Of a DNA stretch of 64,000 bases, positions 27,134 to 37,809 are shown one piece after another. The notes under the pieces were generated by a model. It was not told the origin of the DNA. It saw only the letters and a program-made list of their open reading frames with translations, and ran no database searches. Every line of letters starts with the position of its first letter. The stretch's first letter is position 1. The DNA is taken from the NCBI GenBank assembly GCA_035873375.1, contig JAYWMQ010000006.1, positions 135,706-199,705 on the forward strand, given 5' to 3'. The translations under genes and the position numbers were made by a program. Source of the DNA: Nitrospirota bacterium (GTDB taxonomy: Bacteria; Nitrospirota; Thermodesulfovibrionia; Thermodesulfovibrionales; JdFR-85).

Positions 27134-28303
27134 TCATTCCCCGCCTTGACCCCACTTCTCCCTGAACCCCAGGGCAAAGGCCCTGTAAACAAGGTCCAGA
27201 AAACTCTCTCTTCCGATTCCCCGGGACTCTCCTGACAGGGCGGTTCTGTAGTATTCCAGACGGTGATATTTCCCTGAGAGCGCAGCAGCAATCTGTGCTC
27301 CATAGGTTGAAAGAATTTCGGGCACACAACTCTTCGGCAGTATCTCCCACTGAATCTTGTCCCTGAGGTGAACTATTGCTGCAACTGCCGCTACTGTAAG
27401 CGGATCGTTGTTTATGGAATTAAAATTCCTGCGGTAAAGTTCAGCCTCTTTTTCTGAAAGATAGCCGGTAATACCTGCACACATGGTGTCCATGCTGAGC
27501 CCGAAACGCTCCAGGTGAACACGGGCAAAACATCGGGCCTCCGGAGTGAGCTTGTTTTGCAATGACAGGGTCTTTTTTATTGCCTGAAGGACCGAGCGGC
27601 CGATCAGTTCACCGAGTTTGGAGTGCTTGCCCGCCCCCGTGAGGGGGGCACCGGTGTCCAGCCTGGAGGCAATCCCGATCTGGTCCGTGCCTGTTCCCGT
27701 GGCAAGCCCATCCGAATAGCGCGAAGGCACGGCAAGTTCCTGAAGGGCCGCTGTCTTGGCCTCAGTGGCGGTTATCACTGAACGCACCATTGCCGCAGGA
27801 GTCAGTTCCCTGTTGATGAACAGCATGGTGTTAATGGTGCCGTGAGCTGCCACCGGAGCTGTCCCCAGTTTCTCAAATACACCGTTGCTTTCATATACTG
27901 AAGCCGGATCACCAATCCTGCCTGCATTCGTCTCAACTCCCCCCGTGCATACAGCAACCACCCCCAGGTCACGAAATTTTTCCGACACTATGGCCGCATT
28001 ATTCATGTTTGCTGCAGTACCAAGGGAAGCGCTCTTTTCAGGTGGAAGCCCATACCGCTCACATATAGACCTCCTGTATCCGTCCGGATCAGAGCTCATT
28101 CTCCTGTGTGATTCATGGGAGTGTCCAGCTGGTTCACACGCCTGGTGATTGTAGATATACTCCAGGTCATCCCTGAGTCCGCCGTCCACACGGCAGGTGG
28201 ATATCACCCTGTGGGGAGACAGAAACCTGACATAGATAATCTTCTCCTCCCTGTGAACCTCAATTGCATCATAGAATCTTTCCAAAAGCATATACTCCTC
28301 CAT
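27134..28303 (-). CDS. cbiZ: Adenosylcobinamide amidohydrolase (CbiZ-like)
   Basis: NHQACEP, LGTAANM, GTIN, ATEAKTAAL, TGTGTD, KHSKLGELIG. Confidence 0.85.
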   Translation of the reverse strand: MEEYMLLERFYDAIEVHREEKIIYVRFLSPHRVISTCRVDGGLRDDLEYIYNHQACEPAGHSHESHRRMSSDPDGYRRSICERYGLPPEKSASLGTAANMNNAAIVSEKFRDLGVVAVCTGGVETNAGRIGDPASVYESNGVFEKLGTAPVAAHGTINTMLFINRELTPAAMVRSVITATEAKTAALQELAVPSRYSDGLATGTGTDQIGIASRLDTGAPLTGAGKHSKLGELIGRSVLQAIKKTLSLQNKLTPEARCFARVHLERFGLSMDTMCAGITGYLSEKEAELYRRNFNSINNDPLTVAAVAAIVHLRDKIQWEILPKSCVPEILSTYGAQIAAALSGKYHRLEYYRTALSGESRGIGRESFLDLVYRAFALGFREKWGQGGE

Positions 28304-29199
28304 TACAGATATAATCTGGAGATCTCGTAGATCCCCCGTAACCGTGATACATAAAGAATATCCCAGAGATAAAGACCATAAAGTATCTTCAGCAGCACAA
28401 GGGCTGTTGTGCTCAGAAGGACAACGGAGAGAAGCACCTTTTCTCCCTTTCCAAGCTGTCTGCTTTCGGCAGTTGAGCGGGCAGCCGAAGGCTGAAAAGC
28501 CCTTGACTGAATTGAGAGTGACAGTATATTCGACCTCCTGTAGCAGTTGATAAAGACAGGCCGTATCAGCTTCAGCCAGTTTTTAAGAAGCCTTGCCGGA
28601 TTGAAAGAGAGCACCCTTGCACCCCTCATACGCATGGCAAGAATAACAGTGGCAAACTCGTCCATTATGGCCGGAATAAACCTGATGGCAGTCACTGTCA
28701 TGAATGCAAGCACATAGGGCACCCTCAATTGAAGCATGCCCGAAAGCATCTTCCCTGTATCAGTACTCCAGCAGAAGAGAAAACCAAAGGTCATCATGGA
28801 GGCAAACCTCAATGACTGGATGGCACCATAGCGGAACCCTTCACGGTAGATACTTATATCCCCTGTCCACTTACCTATCAGGGGGGTATCCATATTGACA
28901 AGGTTTATGAGCACGGTCCTTGGTTCTTCAAAGTAGAAGATGGACTGGGAAAACATCGTTCCCCATACCGTCAATACAACAAGAAAAAGGAGCAGACGCA
29001 GCTTTGACCATTCCACCCGCTCAATACCTGCCAGAACCCATGAAACAGAAAAAAGAATGATGAGAGGAACCGTATTTTCAAGCATTACCGCATAGACCGA
29101 GATGCAGAGAAGGCCAATGATCTTGACCCTGGGATCGAGCCTGCCGATAATTCCCTGACGTTCCCTCTGCCGGGTAAGGCTGCTGATACCATAGCTCAT
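28303..29199 (-). CDS. ecfT: ECF transporter transmembrane T component
   Basis: LDPRVK N-terminus, RFIP, and two Arg-containing coupling-helix motifs (AMRMRGA, SIQSRAF). Confidence 0.85.
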   Translation of the reverse strand: MSYGISSLTRQRERQGIIGRLDPRVKIIGLLCISVYAVMLENTVPLIILFSVSWVLAGIERVEWSKLRLLLFLVVLTVWGTMFSQSIFYFEEPRTVLINLVNMDTPLIGKWTGDISIYREGFRYGAIQSLRFASMMTFGFLFCWSTDTGKMLSGMLQLRVPYVLAFMTVTAIRFIPAIMDEFATVILAMRMRGARVLSFNPARLLKNWLKLIRPVFINCYRRSNILSLSIQSRAFQPSAARSTAESRQLGKGEKVLLSVVLLSTTALVLLKILYGLYLWDILYVSRLRGIYEISRLYL

Positions 29200-31122
29200 C
29201 TAACCGTCCTCCCATTTCAACCGATCGCTGAATCGCCAGCCCATAAATGTCGCTGCAAAGGTATAGAGCAGGCTGTTCACTATCAGGGTCATGTATATGT
29301 ACCAGTCAGCAAAGTAGAGTCGGAAGAGCACCATATGCAGGTAGAGCCCGGTCAGGGTTATAAATGCATCGGCAACACACAGATAGAGCGCCAGATAAAA
29401 GACAGACGGTGTATTCCAGCGGAAATTTTCTCCCTTGCGCGTAAGTCCCGACATGTAGAAGGCCGCCTCCTTTGCAACTATGCCCGTACCTGTAAATAGT
29501 ATGTCCGTCAGTTGAAACCCGCCAAACATTATGCCGTTGAGCATATAGCGGACAAGGGTCGCAAATGTGACAGTGCCGGGTCTCGGGATCGACCTGACGA
29601 GCGAGACAAGGAGTGTCCAGTAAAGCAGCTCTGAAAAGAAACCTGTAACAAAGGCGCTGAAGGGACCGAGCAGTGCCGAGACAAGGTTTCCGAATATCCT
29701 GACAGGCAGGTTTGAGACCACAAAGGTCATTGCCCCGTAGAGTGAGATGATAACCAGCCACCTGACCTTCATGCCTGCCACAATATTTTTAAACCTGAGG
29801 ACAAAGACCAGAGTGGCAGTCAGACTCAGAAATACAGCAAAGAGTGTAAATGTCCATGCAGTCAGGTTCATGGATGTGACATAGAGGGGGAACTCATATT
29901 CTGCAACAGGGAGGACCGAGCCCATAGGGATAAGCTTTACCACCCTGCGGTACTCTCCGGGCAGGGGGTCAGAGGTTAAATAAACAGGCATCACCACCCG
30001 TGTCTTTTCTCCGGGCAGAAGCATGGCTGTCACAGTGACGGCCGTCTCCTTTGTCCCGCCGGTCAGCAAGTCCGGCGGTCTGAATGCCTCAGGCGTGATG
30101 TCACGGTCTTTATAATAGATACCGGAGTTGACAAGCAGTGCAATGCTGCCGGTCCCGGTGTTTTCCAGGACAAGGCTCTGATATGTAAAGGGATGATTGT
30201 AGTCAATATACTTTGGCTCAACCCCGAAAAAACGTCCGAGTTTCCGAAATACAGCGGGCTGTATGTATAGCGTGTCTTCTGCATACCGCCTGAGGGCTAT
30301 ACCGCGAATACCTACAGGTATTGATGTCTTTACAAGCCTTATTGTCTCCCCTGCTGATTCCTGTTTAACGACCTTGATGGTCACATCCCTGCTGAAGAAA
30401 GACTCCCTGCCTCCAGCTCCTTTCAAGGTAATGCCTGCATGGAGACGATACTTCCCTTCACCCGGCACCTGTATGCTGAAGGGGAGATAAAACCTCTCAT
30501 AAGCAACGGAGAGGGTTGTTCTGAAGTATATTACGGTCTCTTCTTCCCTGAAGACGACTCTCGTGTCACGGTTTTGCGGAAAAGCCGCAACCTTTACCCC
30601 TGCAGGGATGGTGACACTGCCTGTAATGATGGTCTCATCCTGCTGATATGTGGTAATGATAACGGCAGAGGTCAGTTCATTATTCTCAACTGCCGTGCTT
30701 AAAGCCTGCATCTCATTTTCAAATACCATGCCACCAGCCTGTTCAGCCATTGAGGTGAACGGGGCTGAAAACTGGACAGCAACAGCATAGTCATTATCCG
30801 GAGATTTTTCCTTTATATCCATAGTTCCCTGATTGCTTATGAGCCTGAATCTGTAGGTTGTGTTACTCTTCCAGTCAAAGGCAAGCCAGAGGTTCCCTTT
30901 CTTTATGTTGTTCAGGGACTGAGAGACGATCACACCTTCCGGACCCTGAATCCCGATAGACTTAAGTCTCAGCGGAGAGCTGAAAAACAGCCATGCACCA
31001 TCAGGGACAAACTTCACATCTGCCTCCTGCAAGGCCTCGTGTGGTGCAAGCAGATACCATGCAGTAACGCCGGTGCCTGCAAGTAATATAATAATTATGA
31101 TAGTTTTTTTAACCTTACTCAT
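29200..31122 (-). CDS. Membrane protein: N-terminal anchor, about 390-aa extracytoplasmic domain, extra TM, C-terminal ECF S-component-like domain
   Basis: Hydrophobicity read by eye. The last ~190 aa start LVIISLYGAMTFVV, like S-component helix 1, with ~6 TMs. Lies next to ecfT. Confidence 0.65.
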   Translation of the reverse strand: MSKVKKTIIIIILLAGTGVTAWYLLAPHEALQEADVKFVPDGAWLFFSSPLRLKSIGIQGPEGVIVSQSLNNIKKGNLWLAFDWKSNTTYRFRLISNQGTMDIKEKSPDNDYAVAVQFSAPFTSMAEQAGGMVFENEMQALSTAVENNELTSAVIITTYQQDETIITGSVTIPAGVKVAAFPQNRDTRVVFREEETVIYFRTTLSVAYERFYLPFSIQVPGEGKYRLHAGITLKGAGGRESFFSRDVTIKVVKQESAGETIRLVKTSIPVGIRGIALRRYAEDTLYIQPAVFRKLGRFFGVEPKYIDYNHPFTYQSLVLENTGTGSIALLVNSGIYYKDRDITPEAFRPPDLLTGGTKETAVTVTAMLLPGEKTRVVMPVYLTSDPLPGEYRRVVKLIPMGSVLPVAEYEFPLYVTSMNLTAWTFTLFAVFLSLTATLVFVLRFKNIVAGMKVRWLVIISLYGAMTFVVSNLPVRIFGNLVSALLGPFSAFVTGFFSELLYWTLLVSLVRSIPRPGTVTFATLVRYMLNGIMFGGFQLTDILFTGTGIVAKEAAFYMSGLTRKGENFRWNTPSVFYLALYLCVADAFITLTGLYLHMVLFRLYFADWYIYMTLIVNSLLYTFAATFMGWRFSDRLKWEDG

Positions 31123-32999
31123 CAGTGAATTATATGAACCCGGTACCTTCCCTTATTCGTGCCCTTTGCATCAGTAAACGGCACCTCCACGAGCGCTATA
31201 TACCTGCCGTCTGGTGATATGTCAGCCATGAAAAAGACCGGACCTTCCGTGGGATAAAGATAGATGAGTTTATCCATACCGGATCCCTTCCTTGATGTAT
31301 CAAAGAGAGTGGCCCCAAAAAAGGATGTCATACCGCCCCTGCGGGAGCCTGCCATCCCTGCAACGGCATTAACAGTAAAGAGCCACCTGCCGTTCCTGGA
31401 GAGATAAATGCCCTGCATGGAGCCGTAGGACTTCCATTTCCATCTCAGCCTGCCGTCAAAACCAAAGGCATAAAACTGATTTGCCGCAGGATGGGGCGCG
31501 GGTTTCTGCACCTTGCCTTTTACAGCACCTGAAGGAATGGAGGTTCCGGGCAGAACAAAGTAGACAGCATCAGGCCCGACCCTGGCATAGCTTATGTAGG
31601 ATGAGACTGGAATATCCCCGATCAGGACAGGTGTACCGATCTCCCTTATCCACACGGGACTGTTCTGTTGAAATCTCTTTCCCTCTACCTTTACAGCACT
31701 CTCTGTATCGAAGAACATTCCCCTGCCGTCATTAAGCCCGATTGCCGCATACCTGCCGTCCCTGGAGAGGGCAACCCCCTGCCAGGCACTGGCCGTCTCG
31801 TAATACGGCCTCAGGGGCGGCACCCTGTACTCCCACAGGACCTCTCCTGTCCTGCCGTTGAGGCAATAGAGTGTGCCGTTTCCGTACAGGGAATCAGTGC
31901 GCTCAGGTGGACGCCATGTTGACGTAAGAAGCAGGAGTTTCTCCCCACTGGCTGAGATATCAAACCATGTAAGGCTGTAGGGAAGCGGCCTGTCCACTGG
32001 CCACCGCCATTTTATACTGCCGGTCCTGCCGTTGAACCGGTAGACCATGCACCTGTAAAGCCTCCTGCCCTCCTTGTTCCATCCATGTGTGCCGACCACG
32101 ACCACATCACCACCGGGAAGCACCTTCAACTGGTAGACACCCGGAAACTTGTATATCGCATAACGGTCATTTTCCCTCTCAGGCCTCGATGTCTCAATGT
32201 CGTCAGCCAGGCGGTACTTCCATATTTCCCTGCCTGTCATTGCATCAAGACAGTAAAGATACCCGTCAGGTGACTGCTCTCCCACATACAGCACCCTTTG
32301 TCCGTCTATCTCTCCCCATCCAATACGCTTCACCATACCCTCAGCGATCTTCCGTGAGAAGACGACTTTACCGGTCCTCACCTCAACAACCCTGAGATAG
32401 CCCTGAAAACTGCCGATTGCAAGGTATTTATTGTCTTCTGAAAATTTCACGAATGTATCAGGGGCTGTCCCCTCGTCAATGCTGAATGGAACGACCTTTT
32501 CCAGCTCCACCCGCTGAACAAGCATGGGCGAAGGCTTGAGCGGCGCGGTAACCTCCTTCACAAACCGTGCATCTCTGCTGCGCACCTCCACGCTGTATTC
32601 CTCCCCGGGGCTCCATTTAAGGGGAATGAGCAGTTTTTTGTCTGCAAAAAGCACTGTTTCTTCATCCCCTTCGCCCTTCACCCACCTGAAAACCTTTCTC
32701 CCTTTCGAGCGGAGTGTAACCATCTTAAGCCCGCTCAGCTCCACAGCAAGTCCGTCACGGACAAAATAGACCTGAACCCCTGGCTGCTCCTTTATGCAGC
32801 CCTGCACAAAAACAAGCAGCAAGAGAGAGAAAAAAAGGCTCAACCGTCTGAATGATGAGAGATACCGGGGCGCAGGGTTTGAACGGTTTTTTTCGCTGAA
32901 AGCGAAAACCTCGGAGGCAGGCAGAATGCCTGTCGAGAATGAGTGAAAGCCCTGTGCCCCGGTATCTCTCAGGGGTTCCAACTCCAGTATATCAGGCAT
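31122..32999 (-). CDS. PQQ-like beta-propeller protein, probable lipoprotein
   Basis: Hydrophobic stretch ending VQGC. Repeats such as LYCLDAMTGREIWKY, YRFNGRTGSIKWRW, LYCLNGRTGEVLWEY. Confidence 0.75.
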   Translation of the reverse strand: MPDILELEPLRDTGAQGFHSFSTGILPASEVFAFSEKNRSNPAPRYLSSFRRLSLFFSLLLLVFVQGCIKEQPGVQVYFVRDGLAVELSGLKMVTLRSKGRKVFRWVKGEGDEETVLFADKKLLIPLKWSPGEEYSVEVRSRDARFVKEVTAPLKPSPMLVQRVELEKVVPFSIDEGTAPDTFVKFSEDNKYLAIGSFQGYLRVVEVRTGKVVFSRKIAEGMVKRIGWGEIDGQRVLYVGEQSPDGYLYCLDAMTGREIWKYRLADDIETSRPERENDRYAIYKFPGVYQLKVLPGGDVVVVGTHGWNKEGRRLYRCMVYRFNGRTGSIKWRWPVDRPLPYSLTWFDISASGEKLLLLTSTWRPPERTDSLYGNGTLYCLNGRTGEVLWEYRVPPLRPYYETASAWQGVALSRDGRYAAIGLNDGRGMFFDTESAVKVEGKRFQQNSPVWIREIGTPVLIGDIPVSSYISYARVGPDAVYFVLPGTSIPSGAVKGKVQKPAPHPAANQFYAFGFDGRLRWKWKSYGSMQGIYLSRNGRWLFTVNAVAGMAGSRRGGMTSFFGATLFDTSRKGSGMDKLIYLYPTEGPVFFMADISPDGRYIALVEVPFTDAKGTNKGRYRVHIIH

Positions 33000-35900
33000 C
33001 CGTCCTCTCCTCTATATCCCCCTCCACATCAAGATACACATCCTCAAGCCTCTTTTTCATCTCCTCAGAGGCATTCCACATTCCCCGATTAGCTGCCTCG
33101 AGGAGACGCTCGGCAATATTCTGCAGGGCATAGGGATTAACCTCTTTAAACCACTTCTGCATCTCCTCATCAAGCGCGTACTTTTCAGACAGGGCATCAT
33201 ACATCCAGTCTTCCATAACATCAGAGGTGGCATCCCAGTGGAATGAGATATCCACAGCCCTTGAGAGGTCTCCTGCACCCTTGTACCCGTGGCGCATGAG
33301 ACCCTCCATCCACTTGGGATTGAGTATCCGAGAGCGGAAGATATGTTTTGTCTCCTCCTGAATGCTCCTGTACCTGACACGATCCGGGTCGGATGCATCA
33401 CCTGAATATGCCTTTGGATAATTACCGGACACCGTCTTAACTGCTGCCACAAAGCCTCCAAAGTAGGCATTAAAGTCATCAGAGGAGAGCAGGTCATACT
33501 CCCGTGAATCCTCGTTTTTCACTACAAGGCTGATATCTGAAAGCCTCCTGCGGAACACCTCTCTCCTGTCTTCCCCATAAACCCCTTTGCCGTATGCATA
33601 CCCACCCCATGTAATATAGACCCCCCCCAGGTCCTCGCTCTTCTCCCATGCCTTTGCGTCAATAGCTGCCGGGATTCCCGCACCATAGACACCGGGGGGA
33701 TCGCTGAAGATACGGAATGATGCCTCACGCAAGGCCTCTTCAGGGTCAATACCGCGTTCAACAAGCTCTTCAGCCTCTGCCAGTACGTGTTTTCTCAAAA
33801 AATTCTTTCCATCAGGCTCATTGAGGGCAGTCACCATTGCTACAGCCTCATCCAGGAGTTCCATCAGGTTGGGGAACGAGTCCCTGAAAAAGCCTGACGT
33901 CCTGAAAGTCACATCCACGCGCGGAAACTTCAATTCCCCGACAGGGATAATCTCAAGCCCCTCGATACGCCCGTTCCTGCCGTTCCATATCGGCTTCATA
34001 CCCATAAGGTAGAAAGCCTCTGCAATGTCCTCACCCATTGTACGCATTGTAGGGCTGCCCCAAATGACCATGCCTATGCTTTCAGGAGGCTTGCCTGTCT
34101 CATTCATATGTCTTTCAACAAGTGCGTCTCCGAGTGCCTTGCCGGTGGCCCATGCAGTGAGGGACGGAATCCTGAAGGGATCAACGGAGAAGAAATTCCT
34201 TCCTGTGGGCAGGATGTCCACCATACCGCGGGTAGGAGTACCGCTGCCGCCGGGAAGGACATGCCTGCCTGAAAGGGCGGCAGCCACTGAATCTATCTCC
34301 TCTGTGGTCCGTTCCAGTTTCGGCAGTACGACATCCCTTATAAACTCCACCACTCTGCGCACCTCCGGGCCTTCATCTGCAATCAGGGGCTCGCTACCCT
34401 CTATCACAACTTTCACCATCTCAAGGGCAGTCCTGTGGATCTCTGTTATTGCAACGGCATTTGTGGGGAACCGGCCTGTCGGGTCTGCTTGTCCCCTGTA
34501 TTGAAGGAGATTGTCATAATCGTATCCCCACTGCCTTGCAATCGCCTCCCTCAGGGATGGTACATCCCCGTTTTTGATCCGCACCAGTTGAGTAACAAGC
34601 TCTGCAAGTCCTTCATCCTCGGGCACAATGCCCATTACGTGAAGGCCGTCATTGATGGCAGTATCAGCAACCTCGGAAAGATAGGAATGCAGCCTCTCCA
34701 CAAAAGCGTCAAAGTCTAAAAATGCTTCATCCTCAGAGACCTCTATATCCGAGTGAAGATTGTCTTTTGTGGCCAGTTGCCAAATCTCCTTCTGGAGTAC
34801 AGGCAGTCTTGCAGGGTTCATGGACTTTGTCTGGATGTACTCAAGGATTTTTGTATCCACCTCTGCCAGCCCCTCATACCTGTCGGCATTGGTCATAACA
34901 GGGATAAGGTGGTCAACCACACAGGCATAGGAGCGGCGCTTTGCCTGTGTGCCCTCTCCGGGGTCATTGATGATATAGGGATAGATATTCGGCAGGTCCA
35001 TTATGGAAATGTCGGGATAACACTCCTCAGAAAGCGCCAGAGACTTGCCGGGCAGCCACTCAAGGGAGCCGTGCTTGCCGATGTGGAGCACTGCATCCGC
35101 CTTAAAAACATCCCTTATCCACCTGTAATGAAATATGTAATGATGGCTTGGCGCAAGATGCGGGTCGTGAATCTTTTCAGGCTGCTCAACAAAGCCCCTT
35201 GGCGGCTGAATGCCTATGTATACATTGCCGTTGATAATCCCGTTGACCATAACCTCGTCTTCATGGACAAAGAGCTCACCCGGAATGTCTCCCCAGTCCT
35301 TAAGCATGTGTCTTTGGTTCTTCTCCGGGAGACCTTCGTGCCATACACTGTATTGAGCAGACCCAATACGGTCAGCCGCCTTCTGCGCCATACCCTCAGG
35401 GGTAAGCCACCTCCTGTCAGCAGTAACCCCGTCAAGTATCTCATGCGCAAGGGCATCACCTGATTCATACTCCCTTTCAATTGAATACCCCTCCTGCTTC
35501 AGCCTGTCGAGAATATTTTTAACACTTTTAAAGGAGTCAAGCCCTGCGGCACATCCGATGCGGTCATTGCGCGGCGGATAGTTATGAAAGATTACAGCTA
35601 CCCTCTTTTCAGCATTCGGCTTTATTCTGAGCATTGCCCATTTCCCTGCAAGGCTCACGATCTTCTCTATCCGCTCCTCAACAGGCATATTCCTCAGCAG
35701 CGTTGCACCTGTAAGCAGATCCTGTTCCGCCACATCCCTTGTTGAGACAGGCACGGTAATAAGGATGCCGTCAAACTCCGGCTGTGCTGCGCTTATGCAG
35801 ACATCCAGGGGAGTAGCCCCCTGTTCGGTCTCTTTCCAGTCCCTGTGGGTCGTAAAGAGGGTAATCGCCTGCAGAACCGGCACTCCGATCTTTTCATAAA

Positions 35901-36729
35901 CTCTGGCAAACTTGGGGAGGGTGAGCCTCATTGAAAAGACCATGCAACTCAGGAGCACATGGATAATGGTCTTTCCATCCACCTGAAAAAAATTCTCCGC
36001 AACCCACTCCGGGTCCCTGTTATTCAAAATCCTGTCAGGAAACCGGTTATAAAAGCATGCAATGGGAAAGCCCCCCTGCCTCTCTATCTCGTTGACAAGG
36101 CTGTCGACAAACGCCAGGTTGCCGTCCACGTAATAACCCTGATAAAACCACATGCCTATTATGGGAGTCTTTTTATCTTCAAGCTCTTTCAGGGATGTGC
36201 CCTGTGAGTCTATGTACTCGTTAAGTGTCAGGGACACCCCTGTGCGCGGGTGATAGATGCCCTCGCAGGGCATCTTCTGCGGCGGGTCACAGGGAATATC
36301 CTCTCCCGAGAACTTTTTTATCAGACTCCTGAAGAGATTTGTCCAGTTATCCCTGCCACCGAACTTGATAAAGCGCACCATCTCATCAAAAAAATCACTG
36401 CCGTATTCTGTGGAGTACTGTGCAGAGAGCGACATCTCGTCCTCATCACCGGGCTGAATGAAGACAAAGGCATTCCGGGATTCTTCAATCAGCCGGTCAA
36501 AAAACCTGAATGATTTTCTGCCTCCATGGAGTATCACGATTACACAGTCTGCTGTCTGAAGGTGATGAGTAAAACGATCCATCATCTTTGAGTCAAAAAG
36601 GTCGTCACTGGTCCGTGCCTGCACCTCCATACGTCCGGGATACTCCTCTTCTATCCGGCGAAATGCGCTGGTCATGCTTATCATTCCGGTGCCTGTGGCA
36701 TTAAATACAACTGTCTTTATCTTTTTCAT
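32992..36729 (-). CDS. cobN: Cobaltochelatase large subunit CobN (CobN/ChlH family)
   Basis: HIGKHGSLEWLPGK, NDPGEGTQAKRR, PTGRNF, NPKWMEG; 1245 aa. Confidence 0.92.
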   Translation of the reverse strand: MKKIKTVVFNATGTGMISMTSAFRRIEEEYPGRMEVQARTSDDLFDSKMMDRFTHHLQTADCVIVILHGGRKSFRFFDRLIEESRNAFVFIQPGDEDEMSLSAQYSTEYGSDFFDEMVRFIKFGGRDNWTNLFRSLIKKFSGEDIPCDPPQKMPCEGIYHPRTGVSLTLNEYIDSQGTSLKELEDKKTPIIGMWFYQGYYVDGNLAFVDSLVNEIERQGGFPIACFYNRFPDRILNNRDPEWVAENFFQVDGKTIIHVLLSCMVFSMRLTLPKFARVYEKIGVPVLQAITLFTTHRDWKETEQGATPLDVCISAAQPEFDGILITVPVSTRDVAEQDLLTGATLLRNMPVEERIEKIVSLAGKWAMLRIKPNAEKRVAVIFHNYPPRNDRIGCAAGLDSFKSVKNILDRLKQEGYSIEREYESGDALAHEILDGVTADRRWLTPEGMAQKAADRIGSAQYSVWHEGLPEKNQRHMLKDWGDIPGELFVHEDEVMVNGIINGNVYIGIQPPRGFVEQPEKIHDPHLAPSHHYIFHYRWIRDVFKADAVLHIGKHGSLEWLPGKSLALSEECYPDISIMDLPNIYPYIINDPGEGTQAKRRSYACVVDHLIPVMTNADRYEGLAEVDTKILEYIQTKSMNPARLPVLQKEIWQLATKDNLHSDIEVSEDEAFLDFDAFVERLHSYLSEVADTAINDGLHVMGIVPEDEGLAELVTQLVRIKNGDVPSLREAIARQWGYDYDNLLQYRGQADPTGRFPTNAVAITEIHRTALEMVKVVIEGSEPLIADEGPEVRRVVEFIRDVVLPKLERTTEEIDSVAAALSGRHVLPGGSGTPTRGMVDILPTGRNFFSVDPFRIPSLTAWATGKALGDALVERHMNETGKPPESIGMVIWGSPTMRTMGEDIAEAFYLMGMKPIWNGRNGRIEGLEIIPVGELKFPRVDVTFRTSGFFRDSFPNLMELLDEAVAMVTALNEPDGKNFLRKHVLAEAEELVERGIDPEEALREASFRIFSDPPGVYGAGIPAAIDAKAWEKSEDLGGVYITWGGYAYGKGVYGEDRREVFRRRLSDISLVVKNEDSREYDLLSSDDFNAYFGGFVAAVKTVSGNYPKAYSGDASDPDRVRYRSIQEETKHIFRSRILNPKWMEGLMRHGYKGAGDLSRAVDISFHWDATSDVMEDWMYDALSEKYALDEEMQKWFKEVNPYALQNIAERLLEAANRGMWNASEEMKKRLEDVYLDVEGDIEERTDA

Positions 36730-36774
36730 TCCTCAATCCTCCTGCTGATTTCCTTACGCATATGGCACTCGATA

Positions 36775-37809
36775 TCAGACCCCTGTCTTCATACCTCTTC
36801 GGCCCTTCCCGATCTCCTCAAACGGCTGCCTGCGCATACGATGTGGCAGGGCAAGCCCTGCAGCAACCTCAATATCCTCATCCGTGACATGGGTGCGTCC
36901 ATGCCAGGCTGCCAATGTCTTTGCTGTCTTGAGGGTGATTATATCCCCCCTGTGACCATCAACTCCCGCCTCCATACAGCGCGTTGCAATAGTGAAGAGT
37001 TTTTCCCTCTCGATCTTCACTTCCGGATACAGCTTTATCGCTGACTCAATCCGCTCAGCTGTCCTCGCAGACTCCTCCTTCCACTTCAGGCAGAAGACCT
37101 CCGGCTCGTCTTCAAAGGCGATCCGCCTCTCCATTACCTCCACCCTCTCTGCATGGTTCCGGCTGCCTTCAATGCTGACGCAGAGACCGAACCTGTCGAG
37201 GAGCTGCGGTCTCAATTCCCCCTCTTCGGGGTTCATGGTGCCTACCAGCGTAAACCGGGCAGGATGACTGAAGGAAACTCCCTCACGCTCCACGGTATTT
37301 ACTCCCATGGCAGCAGCATCCAGGAGCACGTCCACTACATGGTCGTCAAGCAGGTTAATCTCATCCACATAGAGGATTCCCCTGTGGGCTGCTGCAAGGA
37401 TGCCTGGCTCAAACCTCTTTTTCCCCTTGCTCAGGGCATGCTCGATATCCATGGTCCCGACAACCCGGTCCTCTGTAGCTGAAACAGGCAGCTCCACCAC
37501 CCTCACCTTCCGCCTTACAACATCAACGCCGTTTCCATTAAAAATCTCTTCAGCACAGCCCCTGTTGTCACAATCCCGGCAGACCCTTGAGTCTCCATTC
37601 CCGGGCATCTGGTAAGGACAACCCTTTACCACATCAATCAGCGGAAGTATGTCTGCCAGTGCCCTGACCGCCGTTGATTTTGCCGTGCCCTTCTCTCCCC
37701 TGACAAGTGCTCCGGCAATATGGGGATTGATGATATTAAGGATAAGGGCCAGTTTCATCTCATCCTGCCCCACAATTGCATTAAACGGATACATGGTTCT
37801 TCCGGTCAT
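36775..37809 (-). CDS. chlI: Chelatase AAA+ subunit (ChlI/BchI-like)
   Basis: [43 protein letters not shown]. Confidence 0.9.
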   Translation of the reverse strand: MTGRTMYPFNAIVGQDEMKLALILNIINPHIAGALVRGEKGTAKSTAVRALADILPLIDVVKGCPYQMPGNGDSRVCRDCDNRGCAEEIFNGNGVDVVRRKVRVVELPVSATEDRVVGTMDIEHALSKGKKRFEPGILAAAHRGILYVDEINLLDDHVVDVLLDAAAMGVNTVEREGVSFSHPARFTLVGTMNPEEGELRPQLLDRFGLCVSIEGSRNHAERVEVMERRIAFEDEPEVFCLKWKEESARTAERIESAIKLYPEVKIEREKLFTIATRCMEAGVDGHRGDIITLKTAKTLAAWHGRTHVTDEDIEVAAGLALPHRMRRQPFEEIGKGRRGMKTGV

